Below, one piece after another: positions 17,155 through 25,704 of a stretch of DNA of 64,000 bases. The first letter of the stretch is position 1; every line of letters starts with the position of its first letter. The stretch spans positions 12,031 to 76,030 of the forward strand of contig JBCCDJ010000018.1 of the NCBI GenBank assembly GCA_039030855.1, read 5' to 3'. Source of the DNA: Pseudomonadota bacterium (lineage in GTDB: Bacteria > Pseudomonadota > Alphaproteobacteria > Rhodobacterales > Rhodobacteraceae). The notes beneath the pieces were generated by a model. That model was not told the DNA's origin. It saw only the letters and a program-made list of their open reading frames with translations, and did not search any database. Made by a program: the position numbers and the translations under genes.

Positions 17155-17936
17155 AGATTTCAGTGACCGCCTACATTCGATCCGGATTGATCCTTGTGGT
17201 TGGCGCGCTTGTGCTGACCGCTTGTGGACGGCTGGATCATGTCGGCAAGCCGCCCACAATGACAGCGCCCGGCCAAGCGATGGCCGAGGTTGCGCCAATC
17301 ACGGAGGAGCGGGTCGCCTTGGCGACGCCAGTACCCCTCCAGCGCGCGCCGCTGACACCTGTGGCACACACATCTCAAACTTCGACAGCGTCATTGTGGC
17401 GGTCCGGGCCTTCTTCGTTGTTCGGCGACCGTCGCGCGCAAGGTCGCGGCGATATTCTGACAGTTGTGATCGAGATTGATGAGGAGGCTACGATCTCCAA
17501 CGCCACAGCGCGGAACCGGTCAGGCAGCGAAGATCTCGCGGTCGGTGCGCTGCTTGGACTGCCCTCGCTTGTCGATCAGTTGACTGGCGTTGATCTTGGT
17601 AACGCCGCACAGGTGACGTCAGGATCGGCGTCCAGCGGCGATGGCAGTGTGCGCCGCACTGAGGAGATCACCCTGCGTCTCGCCGCGACTGTGGTCGATG
17701 TGTTGCCCAACGGGCATTTCGTGATTGTCGGCAATCAGGAAGTTCGTGTGAATTTCGAGTTGCGTGATCTGAGGGTCCACGGCGTGATACGGCCTGAGGA
17801 TATCAGTCGTAGTAATGAAATTACCTATGACAAGATTGCCGATGCGCGGATCAGCTACGGCGGCAGAGGTCAGATCACGGATGTTCAGCAACCCCGCTAT
17901 GGTCAGCAGATCGCCGACATCATTCTTCCATTCTGA
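17151..17936 (+). CDS. flgH: Flagellar L-ring lipoprotein FlgH
   Basis: 261 aa with lipobox LVLTAC. The FlgH core reads SLWRSGPSSLFGDRRAQGRGDILTVVIEIDEEA, NGHFVIVGNQEVRVNFELRDLRVHGVIRPEDI and ISYGGRGQITDVQQPRYGQQI. Confidence 0.9.
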   Translation: MKISVTAYIRSGLILVVGALVLTACGRLDHVGKPPTMTAPGQAMAEVAPITEERVALATPVPLQRAPLTPVAHTSQTSTASLWRSGPSSLFGDRRAQGRGDILTVVIEIDEEATISNATARNRSGSEDLAVGALLGLPSLVDQLTGVDLGNAAQVTSGSASSGDGSVRRTEEITLRLAATVVDVLPNGHFVIVGNQEVRVNFELRDLRVHGVIRPEDISRSNEITYDKIADARISYGGRGQITDVQQPRYGQQIADIILPF

Positions 17937-17947
17937 GGACCACGGAT

Positions 17948-18487
17948 ATGAAAAAGATTCTGATCTTTCTGCTTGTGCCTCTCTTTGCGGTCGGAGGTGC
18001 GGGCGCGGGTTTCATGCTGAAGCCACCGGTCGAGATGGAGATGGAGGAGCCGTCCGATGATGACGCGCCCGCCAAAGCCGTCGCCGAGATGAATGACCTC
18101 TCCGCGCAAGGGGAGCCGGCGCAGCCACAGATGGTCTCACCGCCGCTGGCTTCGGGACCGCCTGAAGTAGATTACGTGAAGCTCGACAAACAATTCGTCG
18201 TGCCGCTCGTCGACGAAAACCGCGTTGGCGGGTTGATGATCATCACCATGGCGCTGGAAACGGAGCCCGGCGCGACCGATCTGGTTTTCGCACATGAACC
18301 AAAGCTGCGGGATGAGTTTCTGCAGGTGCTTTTCACCCATGCGCAGTCGGGGGGGTTCTCCGGATCTTTCACAGACCTCAAGTCGATGGAGGATCTGAGA
18401 TTGGCACTAAACGCCACAGCAAGATCTGTTCTGGGCGATGTCTTTCGTTCGGTGCTTCTGACCAACATGATCCGCCAGGACCTTTGA
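17948..18487 (+). CDS. Second FliL-family basal-body-associated protein
   Basis: 179 aa with an N-terminal TM helix (ILIFLLVPLFAVGGAGAGFML). The FliL-like pattern is VDYVKLDKQFVVPLVDENRVGGLMIITMALE and EPKLRDEFLQVLF. It is the last gene of the plus-strand operon. Confidence 0.7.
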   Translation: MKKILIFLLVPLFAVGGAGAGFMLKPPVEMEMEEPSDDDAPAKAVAEMNDLSAQGEPAQPQMVSPPLASGPPEVDYVKLDKQFVVPLVDENRVGGLMIITMALETEPGATDLVFAHEPKLRDEFLQVLFTHAQSGGFSGSFTDLKSMEDLRLALNATARSVLGDVFRSVLLTNMIRQDL

Positions 18488-18878
18488 TCGCCAACTGGCG
18501 GGTCTGACGGATAGTGCTGCGTATGTGCTGGACACGCACCTTGGGCACCGTTCATCCCTCGTCGCCTTGGCTTGGTCCGACACAGCGCGCTCTGACAGGC
18601 GATGTTGCCAGACACAATCGGGCGGATCTTTCCTGCGTGCCCGGGGCTCTGACTTCATTGTAGATACGCCAGAGCCGGCATCATCGTGTCGGGAGAGAGG
18701 GTAGCCGTCTGTTCGTCATCAGCCTCTTGCGAGCGGTCTGCCCTGAGGTCAATGCAGCACTGCCCAGATGCTTGACCAGATCGTTAGATATTCGGCTGGG
18801 TCCGTTGGGCTGCCTTCAGTCAGTGTTTCCGGTGATGCTTTGGTATCTGACCAACACCGAACCGCTACCGCTTCGCCT

Positions 18879-20003
18879 TCAGAGAGCCTCGGTCGTGACG
18901 AATGTTGCCAATTCTCCCGCGCCCAATCCGAGCGACATGCCGCAGGAGACGCCAGGTACAACTGCGGTGTCGTAAATTTCGGCGACTGCTCCATCGATGC
19001 GAAACCATTCAGCGACCGAACCGGTTGAGAGGTTGATAATCTGTACGCCAGTCCAGGGTTCGCTGTCGGCGGCGATCAGGCGATCATCAAGCGCAAGCCC
19101 CTCGAACCTCTTGTATCTCGGGCGGGACAGACCGATGATCGCGTGGCCATCAATGAATGACAGGCCGCGCACAAATCCCGGGCAAAAGGCGATGACCGAT
19201 TTCTCGCCTGTCTTTCGGTCGACCTGCATCAACTCGCCCGTACCCGAATTCAGGACATAGAGATTGCCTTTGTAGATCTGGGGCGAGTGGGGCATCGACA
19301 GGCCGTCGGCCAGAACCTCGTTCGACTTTACGTCAACGATAACACCTCCGTCCGCGCGCCTGTCACGCCATCCGTCGATCGTGTCTGATCGCGACACGGC
19401 GGTGACATAAGCGGGTTCTCCATCCTCCATCGCAAGGCCGTTCAGATGGCAGCGATCCTCTGCGATGATCTTCGAGATGAAAGGAGGTTTCCAAATCGGT
19501 TTGAAATTGTGGGTGGCTGACAGCCGGGCAACGCAATTGTACTTGGTGACGACGAAAATCGGCTCACCCGCCTTGTCGAGGCCGACATCGTGCGCGTCGA
19601 CAGCGCCGATGATATTAACCCGGCGGGGGACAAAGCACGCATCATAAATTTCATTGGCGCGTTCGGTGCCGCTGAGCACCGAGGCCATCTCGACCAGCGC
19701 CGTTTGGGTGACGAGGAATATGCGTTTGCCGTTCACGGCGATCCCCATAGCGTGCTGATAAAGCCGCTCATCGACAAGCAATCCGCCTTTGGGATTGCGG
19801 CCGATCAGATAGAATTTCCCTGACTGGTAGGATGACAAAGCCAGCGATGTGTCATGCGCCGTAAGCCAGCCCACGAGCCCGCCCGACATCGAATAGGTGA
19901 CTGTTTGCGACGTCGCGATATCGTCCTGAGCGGGCGCGGTGGCCGTGTCGACTGCATCCGTAGCTTTTCCATCCGCTGCGGTTGCCTTCTTCTTGTGCGC
20001 CAT
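18879..20003 (-). CDS. TIGR03032/DUF4915 family protein; function unknown
   Basis: 374 aa. I recognise this family's conserved blocks: FKPIWKPPFISKIIAEDRCHLNGLAMEDGEPAYVTAVSRSDTIDGWRDRRADGG, GLSMPHSPQIYKGNLYVLNSGTGEL and FVRGLSF. The N-terminal tail of about 35 aa is Ala/Thr/Asp-rich. Confidence 0.8.
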   Translation of the reverse strand: MAHKKKATAADGKATDAVDTATAPAQDDIATSQTVTYSMSGGLVGWLTAHDTSLALSSYQSGKFYLIGRNPKGGLLVDERLYQHAMGIAVNGKRIFLVTQTALVEMASVLSGTERANEIYDACFVPRRVNIIGAVDAHDVGLDKAGEPIFVVTKYNCVARLSATHNFKPIWKPPFISKIIAEDRCHLNGLAMEDGEPAYVTAVSRSDTIDGWRDRRADGGVIVDVKSNEVLADGLSMPHSPQIYKGNLYVLNSGTGELMQVDRKTGEKSVIAFCPGFVRGLSFIDGHAIIGLSRPRYKRFEGLALDDRLIAADSEPWTGVQIINLSTGSVAEWFRIDGAVAEIYDTAVVPGVSCGMSLGLGAGELATFVTTEAL

Positions 20004-20162
20004 GACCGCGCTTCTCCTGACCGTTTAATCCCATTGCGCAACAGGGGTATCTACGCCTTTCAGCACGGTCAATCGCGAATGGAACAGGGCATCGGGGCGT
20101 CTATTGTCAGCGCAGGATGGATGAGCAATGTTTCGCGAAGATGGCAGAAGGGGATAGGACAG

Positions 20163-20966
20163 ATGAAAGATCTCAATGGCAGACTGGCGCTTGTGACCGG
20201 ATCGGCGACAGGCCTCGGCCGCTCCATCGCGGTGAAACTGGCGGAGCGCGGCGCAGAGATTTTTGTCAATTGCGCGCGCAGCCTGGAGGAGGGGCAGCAG
20301 ACCGTGGCACTCTGCGAGGCAGCGGGCGCAAAGGCTGCGCTGATCCAGGCCGATGTCTCCACCGCCGAAGGCTGTGCCACGCTGGCCGAAGGTATCGGCG
20401 CGGGCGGGCGACTCGACATTCTGGTGAACAATGCCGGCATCACCCGGCATGCCCGCGATCACGGTGATCTCAATGCCTTGTCGCGAGATGATTTCATGGA
20501 CATCTACGCGGTAAACGTGGTCGGCCCGTTCCTCTGTCTGCAGGCACTGAAGCCGCTTCTGTTGGCAGCCGAGGCTGTAAGCGGTCGCCCGAGTGTCGTG
20601 TTGAACACGTCATCCATTGCGGGGACCACGGGCATCGGGTCATCAGTGGCCTATGCTGCATCGAAGGGTGCCCTAAACACCATGACACTTTCCCTCGCAC
20701 GCGGGCTGGCACCCCAAATTCGGGTCAATGCGATCTGTCCCGGCTTCATCGGCACACGATGGTTCAAGGACGCAATGGACGAGGCGACCTTTGAGAAAAC
20801 TGTAAGAGGTGTGGAGGCTTCGACACCTCTTGGCGTCGCAAGCGGGCCCGATGACATTGCTGATGCCGCGCTCTTTTTCCTCACCGATGCGTCCCGTCAT
20901 GTCACCGGTGAGACCTTGCATGTCGATGCTGGCCTTCATTTGGGCTATTCGCCGCTCAAGGCCTGA
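20163..20966 (+). CDS. SDR-family oxidoreductase (FabG-like)
   Basis: 267 aa from ATG 20163. It has TGSATGLGRSIA (TGxxxGxG), NNAG and the S...YAASK catalytic pattern. The track start at 19854 was rejected as an N-terminal extension overlapping the divergent promoter. Confidence 0.85.
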   Translation: MKDLNGRLALVTGSATGLGRSIAVKLAERGAEIFVNCARSLEEGQQTVALCEAAGAKAALIQADVSTAEGCATLAEGIGAGGRLDILVNNAGITRHARDHGDLNALSRDDFMDIYAVNVVGPFLCLQALKPLLLAAEAVSGRPSVVLNTSSIAGTTGIGSSVAYAASKGALNTMTLSLARGLAPQIRVNAICPGFIGTRWFKDAMDEATFEKTVRGVEASTPLGVASGPDDIADAALFFLTDASRHVTGETLHVDAGLHLGYSPLKA

Positions 20967-21654
20967 GGGCGTTATTGACTTCTTCCAGCCGAGAAATGCG
21001 CGAGGTCCGCTCATATCAACGATGCTGCCTGTGATTTTGACGCCGTGACGACGTCAGCCTCAGTGACTGGAGTGGCGAAGGCTGAGGGCTGCGTCTTTCC
21101 TATCGAGAGGATTTAGTGCCGGATTCTGCGACTGAACTTGGTCGCTTCGCGCGCATGAAGCCGTAATTTGGCAAGAGGAGGTCCGACTGGTGGGCCTGTT
21201 GGTTGATCCGGTCGAGAACCATGCCGGATAGGCGGACGATATCGCTCATCTGTCCGGGATGGCGACGGATGATCCGATGATAGGTGATACTGCCCCGAAG
21301 GTGGTCAAGTTCAAAAAAATGCTACCAGCGGCGGTTGGCGAGTGGTCTGAGGCGTGAACAGCGGCTCATCAGCACCTTGACCCGCGCCGGTTATGTTATT
21401 GGAGGAGATCGGAAAGCCAAGCTGTTGGCGACCTATCCGATGACAAGATGAGGGCAGTTCGATGAGATCTTGCGGGTGGTCGGCAGAATGCAGCTGACTG
21501 GCTTGCGCATGGTGGCAAACCCTGCTGACCGGACGTCTGGCACCGATGTGATGCCCACGGCAGCCGTCTATAATGATGGGGTGGATTTCGGCTCCCGGGC
21601 TAGATGAGCAAGAAACCTGATCCAAACGGGACGAAACAGCCGGGATGATCGCGC

Positions 21655-22590
21655 TCAGTTACCCTGGGAACCTTCGACCGGGCTGATCTTGCTTTTGATA
21701 AATTCACCCGCCCGCCGCACAGCTTCATCGGCTTCTGGCGCACGTCCGCAAAATATCTGCCAAGCGTGGGGCGCTCTCCTGAACCATTCGAGACGAACTT
21801 CGCCACCCGACGCGCGCAGCTTCTCCGCCATAGCGGCAGCTTCGTCTTCGAGCAGCTCAATCCGGCTGGCTTGTATCAGGGTTGGCGGCGGTGCGGGAAT
21901 GTCGGCATGCAGCGGTGATGCCGTGGGTGCAGAGGCGTCTTCTTCAGAGACATAGAAATCCCGTGTCTCGGCCATCCGGCCTGCGGGCAACATCGGGTCC
22001 GTTCGGGCGTTCCGGCGCAGGCTCTTGGTGCTTAGCGTCAGGTCGACCCAGGGCGAGAACGCTACGATACAGCTCGGATCCGGCAAGCCGGCTTCGCGTG
22101 CCGCGATCAGCGTGGCAAAGGCCAGGCCCCCACCGGCGCTGTCACCGGCGAAGGCGATTTTCGAAGGCTGGTACCCTGTGTCCAGAAGGCACTGATAGCA
22201 GGCGAGCGCATCTTCGACCGCGCCCGGCCAGCGAGCCTCGGGCGCGCGCCGATAGTCTGGCAGCAGAACGCGCGTGCCCGAACGCGCGCTCAGCGTCGCT
22301 GCCAGATGCCGATGCGTCGCGCGGGAACCCATGATGTAGGCACCGCCATGGAGATAGATGATAACGGTGCGCCGGTCGGGCCGCCCCATTGTCACCCAGT
22401 CGGCGGTGATCGGCCCCGCAGGCCCGTCCATCCGCGTTTCCATGACATTGGCATCGGTTGGCATCAGGAATGCGCGCACGGCGGTCTTTTCAAACAGGTC
22501 ACGGGCGACAAGCGGGTCCTTGATCCGCGCCAGACGCGGTTTTTCGAAGAGCCGCAGATAGAGCGAAATTGCGGCCAGGCGGAGGGACAT
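21655..22590 (-). CDS. Alpha/beta hydrolase (HSL-type esterase/lipase, fold-3)
   Basis: 311 aa with the HGGAY oxyanion block and the GDSAGG nucleophile elbow. The start shares 1 nt with the gshB stop (TGATG). Confidence 0.85.
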   Translation of the reverse strand: MSLRLAAISLYLRLFEKPRLARIKDPLVARDLFEKTAVRAFLMPTDANVMETRMDGPAGPITADWVTMGRPDRRTVIIYLHGGAYIMGSRATHRHLAATLSARSGTRVLLPDYRRAPEARWPGAVEDALACYQCLLDTGYQPSKIAFAGDSAGGGLAFATLIAAREAGLPDPSCIVAFSPWVDLTLSTKSLRRNARTDPMLPAGRMAETRDFYVSEEDASAPTASPLHADIPAPPPTLIQASRIELLEDEAAAMAEKLRASGGEVRLEWFRRAPHAWQIFCGRAPEADEAVRRAGEFIKSKISPVEGSQGN

Positions 22591-23537
22591 CAGGAAGCCC
22601 CGCGCCGCTGTTCTATCGCATCCCAGATCAAACTGGCGACATTGACGCCGTCAAAGCGTTGCAGCTCCTGAATGCCGGTTGGCGAGGTCACGTTGATTTC
22701 CGTGAGGTAGCCGCCGATCACGTCGATGCCAACGAAAACCAGACCTCTCTCGCGTAATAGCGGGCCGATCCGGGCGCAAATCTCGCGGTCGCGGTCATCC
22801 ATCGCGATCTTCTCGGGCCGCCCACCGACATGCATGTTGGAGCGCGTCTCGCCCTTTGCGGGAACGCGGTTGATGGCCCCGATGGGCTCTCCATCAACAA
22901 GGATGACACGCTTGTCGCCCTTCTCCACATCGGGCAGGAACTGCTGGGCGATCAGTGGCTCCCGGTTAATGCCCATGAAGAGTTCGTGGAGAGAGTTCAG
23001 GTTGCTGTCGGAGGATGACAGCTTGAACACGCCTGCACCGCCGTTCCCGTAGAGCGGCTTGAGGATCATGTCGCCATATTGATCGCGGAACCGGCGGATA
23101 TGGCTGAGATCACGCGCGATCATCGTTGGCGGCGACAGATCGGCAAAGTCCAGCACCAGCAGTTTTTCCGGGCAATTGCGGATCCAGAAGGGATCGTTGA
23201 CCACCAGGGTTTGCGGATGGATCCGCTCCAACAGATGCGTGTTGGTAATGTAGGCCATGTCAAATGGCGGATCCTGGCGCAGCAGGACGACGTCTTGCGA
23301 CGCCAGATCAATGGTCTGGCGGGGGCCGAGCTCAAAATGATTTCCGGTCTCGCGGCGGACTTTCAGCGACTGTCCCGTCGCCTCCACCCGGCCCTGGTTC
23401 CAGGTCAGGTCCGCGACCTGATAGTAGAATAGCGATGCGCCGCGCTCCTGCGCCTCTTCGGCCAGCCTGAACGTGCTGTCAGCGTCGATATCCACCGCTT
23501 CGATCGGGTCCATCTGGACGGCTACGGATAATGACAT
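22590..23537 (-). CDS. gshB: Glutathione synthetase
   Basis: 315 aa with a prokaryotic GshB N-domain plus ATP-grasp ([65 protein letters not shown]). Confidence 0.92.
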   Translation of the reverse strand: MSLSVAVQMDPIEAVDIDADSTFRLAEEAQERGASLFYYQVADLTWNQGRVEATGQSLKVRRETGNHFELGPRQTIDLASQDVVLLRQDPPFDMAYITNTHLLERIHPQTLVVNDPFWIRNCPEKLLVLDFADLSPPTMIARDLSHIRRFRDQYGDMILKPLYGNGGAGVFKLSSSDSNLNSLHELFMGINREPLIAQQFLPDVEKGDKRVILVDGEPIGAINRVPAKGETRSNMHVGGRPEKIAMDDRDREICARIGPLLRERGLVFVGIDVIGGYLTEINVTSPTGIQELQRFDGVNVASLIWDAIEQRRGAS

Positions 23538-23562
23538 GGAACCCCCTCCTGCAATTACGGGG

Positions 23563-24177
23563 TCAACCTGTTACCCGCCGGTCATCATGTTTGGTCAGGA
23601 CATGGCTAACGACTTGCTTAACACCGTCAATGGTGCGGGCATGGTTGACCACACGTTCCAGCTCGGTCTGTGTGCGCGCAACGCCGATCAAATGGACAGT
23701 CTGGCCCACTGTTTCGATGTTGTAATTGATCGAATTGATCTCCACATCGCCGAGCAGTTTTCCGCGAAGCTGGGTCGAGATCCAGACATCACGCGCGAAG
23801 GAGGCTGTGCCTGCATCCCGCTCCACCGTGACTTCATTGATCAGTTCGATCACATCGGGGGTCTCCCAGACCAACTGGGCGGCACGCAGCCGGTCGTCCG
23901 GGTCGGGGACGGACCCTGCCAGCAGAACACGACCCTCCACAACCTCGGTGGTGATGTCGCCAAACAGCCCGTAATCCTCGTTCAACAGTTTGTTGTTGAT
24001 CGTGACCCGGATTTCCGCGTCGGTCAGGGCCTGTCTGGTTGATCGCTCCTGCGCCACGGATACGCCGGTTGTTGCCAGGGCACCGACACCAAGACCGACT
24101 GCGGTACAGCCCGATGTCAGGAATGCGAAGGTAAGTGCAACGCCGCCAAGGCGCGCATAGCTGCGGTATCTGCTCAT
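23563..24177 (-). CDS. BON-domain lipoprotein (DolP/OsmY-like)
   Basis: 204 aa from ATG 24177, with AGAGG upstream. The track start at 24228 would overlap yraN. It has lipobox LTSGC and two BON-like repeats ([14 protein letters not shown]; [15 protein letters not shown]). Confidence 0.8.
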   Translation of the reverse strand: MSRYRSYARLGGVALTFAFLTSGCTAVGLGVGALATTGVSVAQERSTRQALTDAEIRVTINNKLLNEDYGLFGDITTEVVEGRVLLAGSVPDPDDRLRAAQLVWETPDVIELINEVTVERDAGTASFARDVWISTQLRGKLLGDVEINSINYNIETVGQTVHLIGVARTQTELERVVNHARTIDGVKQVVSHVLTKHDDRRVTG

Positions 24178-24194
24178 TTCTGTCGCCTCTTTGC

Positions 24195-24647
24195 TCACAA
24201 GCGGGCGTTTTTTGTCACCTCCACGCACCCGTCCCGGCCCACAAGGGCAAGGTCAAAGCGAAGCGGCGCTGTGCCCGTCTCCGCGATCACCATATACCGA
24301 AGTGCCGCTGCCTCCAAGCGTTGCCATTGTTTTTGGCTCACGGGATCGTCGTGGATCGGGCGGCAGCGTGCCTTCACCTCGACAAAGACGATGGTGTTTT
24401 CGTCCCGGATGATCAGGTCGATTTCACCTTCCTTGCAGCGCCAGCGCCGCGCGAGGACGGCGCATCCGCGCTGGCAGTAGTGACGTGCCGTGATCTCCTC
24501 CGCAGCGATGCCTGCATGAAAGGACTGCATGCCGCGCGCGGCGCGGGCGCGCCTGAATTCGGGCGGCAGATCGCAACTTGTGAACGATGCCGAGCCAATG
24601 CCCGGCACTGGCGGTCCATCATCGGGCGTATGGGGCAGGTCAAACAT
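24195..24647 (-). CDS. yraN: YraN-family (UPF0102) endonuclease-like protein
   Basis: 150 aa with the block GIAAEEITARHYCQRGCAVLARRWRCKEGEIDLIIRDENTIVFVEVKAR, typical of YraN. Confidence 0.8.
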   Translation of the reverse strand: MFDLPHTPDDGPPVPGIGSASFTSCDLPPEFRRARAARGMQSFHAGIAAEEITARHYCQRGCAVLARRWRCKEGEIDLIIRDENTIVFVEVKARCRPIHDDPVSQKQWQRLEAAALRYMVIAETGTAPLRFDLALVGRDGCVEVTKNARL

Positions 24648-24677
24648 CTGACGACCCTAGATCCATTTGCCTAACGA

Positions 24678-25637
24678 TTAGCGAATATCCTCTTCCATAA
24701 GAACCAGCGCCCGATTGTAGACCTCGCGCCGGGGCAGCCCCAGCTTTTGCGCGACGATGCGGGCCGCATCGCCAACCCGGTCTGTCACCAGCGCTGCGCG
24801 CAAGGCTTTGTCGAGATCCTCTTCGGTTGCCTGCCTCGGCAGTGGTGGGCCGACGCTGACGACAATCTCGCCGCGTGGTTCGGTGTCGCTGTAATGGGCT
24901 GCCAGTTCACCAACGGTACCGCGCCTTGTCTCCTCATGCCGCTTTGTGAGCTCTCTGCTAACCGCCGCCTGACGCTCCGGCCCCAGTGTCAGGGCCATTT
25001 CGGCCAACAGCGCCGCCAGGCGTCGCGGGCTTTCATAGAAAACCAGCGTTCCCGGCACTGCGGCCAATGTGTTCAACTCGGCCCGCCGTGCGGCCTGTTT
25101 TGGCGGCAGGAAGCCCGCGAACATGAATCGATCTGTTGGCAGCCCGGAAACAGTCAGTGCCGCCAGCAAGGCGGAGGCACCGGGCAGCGCCTGCACCAGC
25201 AGGCCCTGATCGATCGCATCCCGCGCAAGCCGCCATCCCGGATCGGCAATCAGCGGTGTTCCGGCGTCGGATACGCAGACAACGCTTTTGCCCTCGCTGA
25301 TCGCGGCCAGCAGGCGCGGGCGCTGGGAGGCCGCGTTATGATCATGATAGGGGACCATCCTCTTGCCCGATCGTTCAATTCCGTGAAGTGTCATGAGGGT
25401 CTGGGTGCGTCTGGTATCCTCGGCCGCGATGATATCGGCATCGCGGAGCGCGTCGAGCACGCGCAGGGTCACGTCGCCCGCCGTTCCGATTGGCGTGGCT
25501 GCCAGAAACAGGCCGGGCATCAGTTGAGGTGAGGCGCTCTGGCGCGTTACAGCATCGTCCGGGGTGCCGCCGCCGCCCATGATGGGCCCGCCTCGTGGCG
25601 GTGTTTCTGCGCGTTTACTTTGTGTCTTGCGGGCCAT
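24678..25637 (-). CDS. rsmI: 16S rRNA (cytidine1402-2'-O)-methyltransferase RsmI
   Basis: 319 aa from ATG 25637. It has the tetrapyrrole-methylase fold blocks LFLAATPIGTAGDVTLRVLDALRDADIIAAEDTRRT and VCVSDAGTPLIADPG. The longer track start at 25706 would overlap the divergent gene. Confidence 0.88.
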   Translation of the reverse strand: MARKTQSKRAETPPRGGPIMGGGGTPDDAVTRQSASPQLMPGLFLAATPIGTAGDVTLRVLDALRDADIIAAEDTRRTQTLMTLHGIERSGKRMVPYHDHNAASQRPRLLAAISEGKSVVCVSDAGTPLIADPGWRLARDAIDQGLLVQALPGASALLAALTVSGLPTDRFMFAGFLPPKQAARRAELNTLAAVPGTLVFYESPRRLAALLAEMALTLGPERQAAVSRELTKRHEETRRGTVGELAAHYSDTEPRGEIVVSVGPPLPRQATEEDLDKALRAALVTDRVGDAARIVAQKLGLPRREVYNRALVLMEEDIR

Positions 25638-25704
25638 AGTCTCTCGTTCGGTTCCGCAGGCCGTGGGGGTTCGGCGTGCAGTCCTGTATTCTGGAGGGTC
25701 TACC

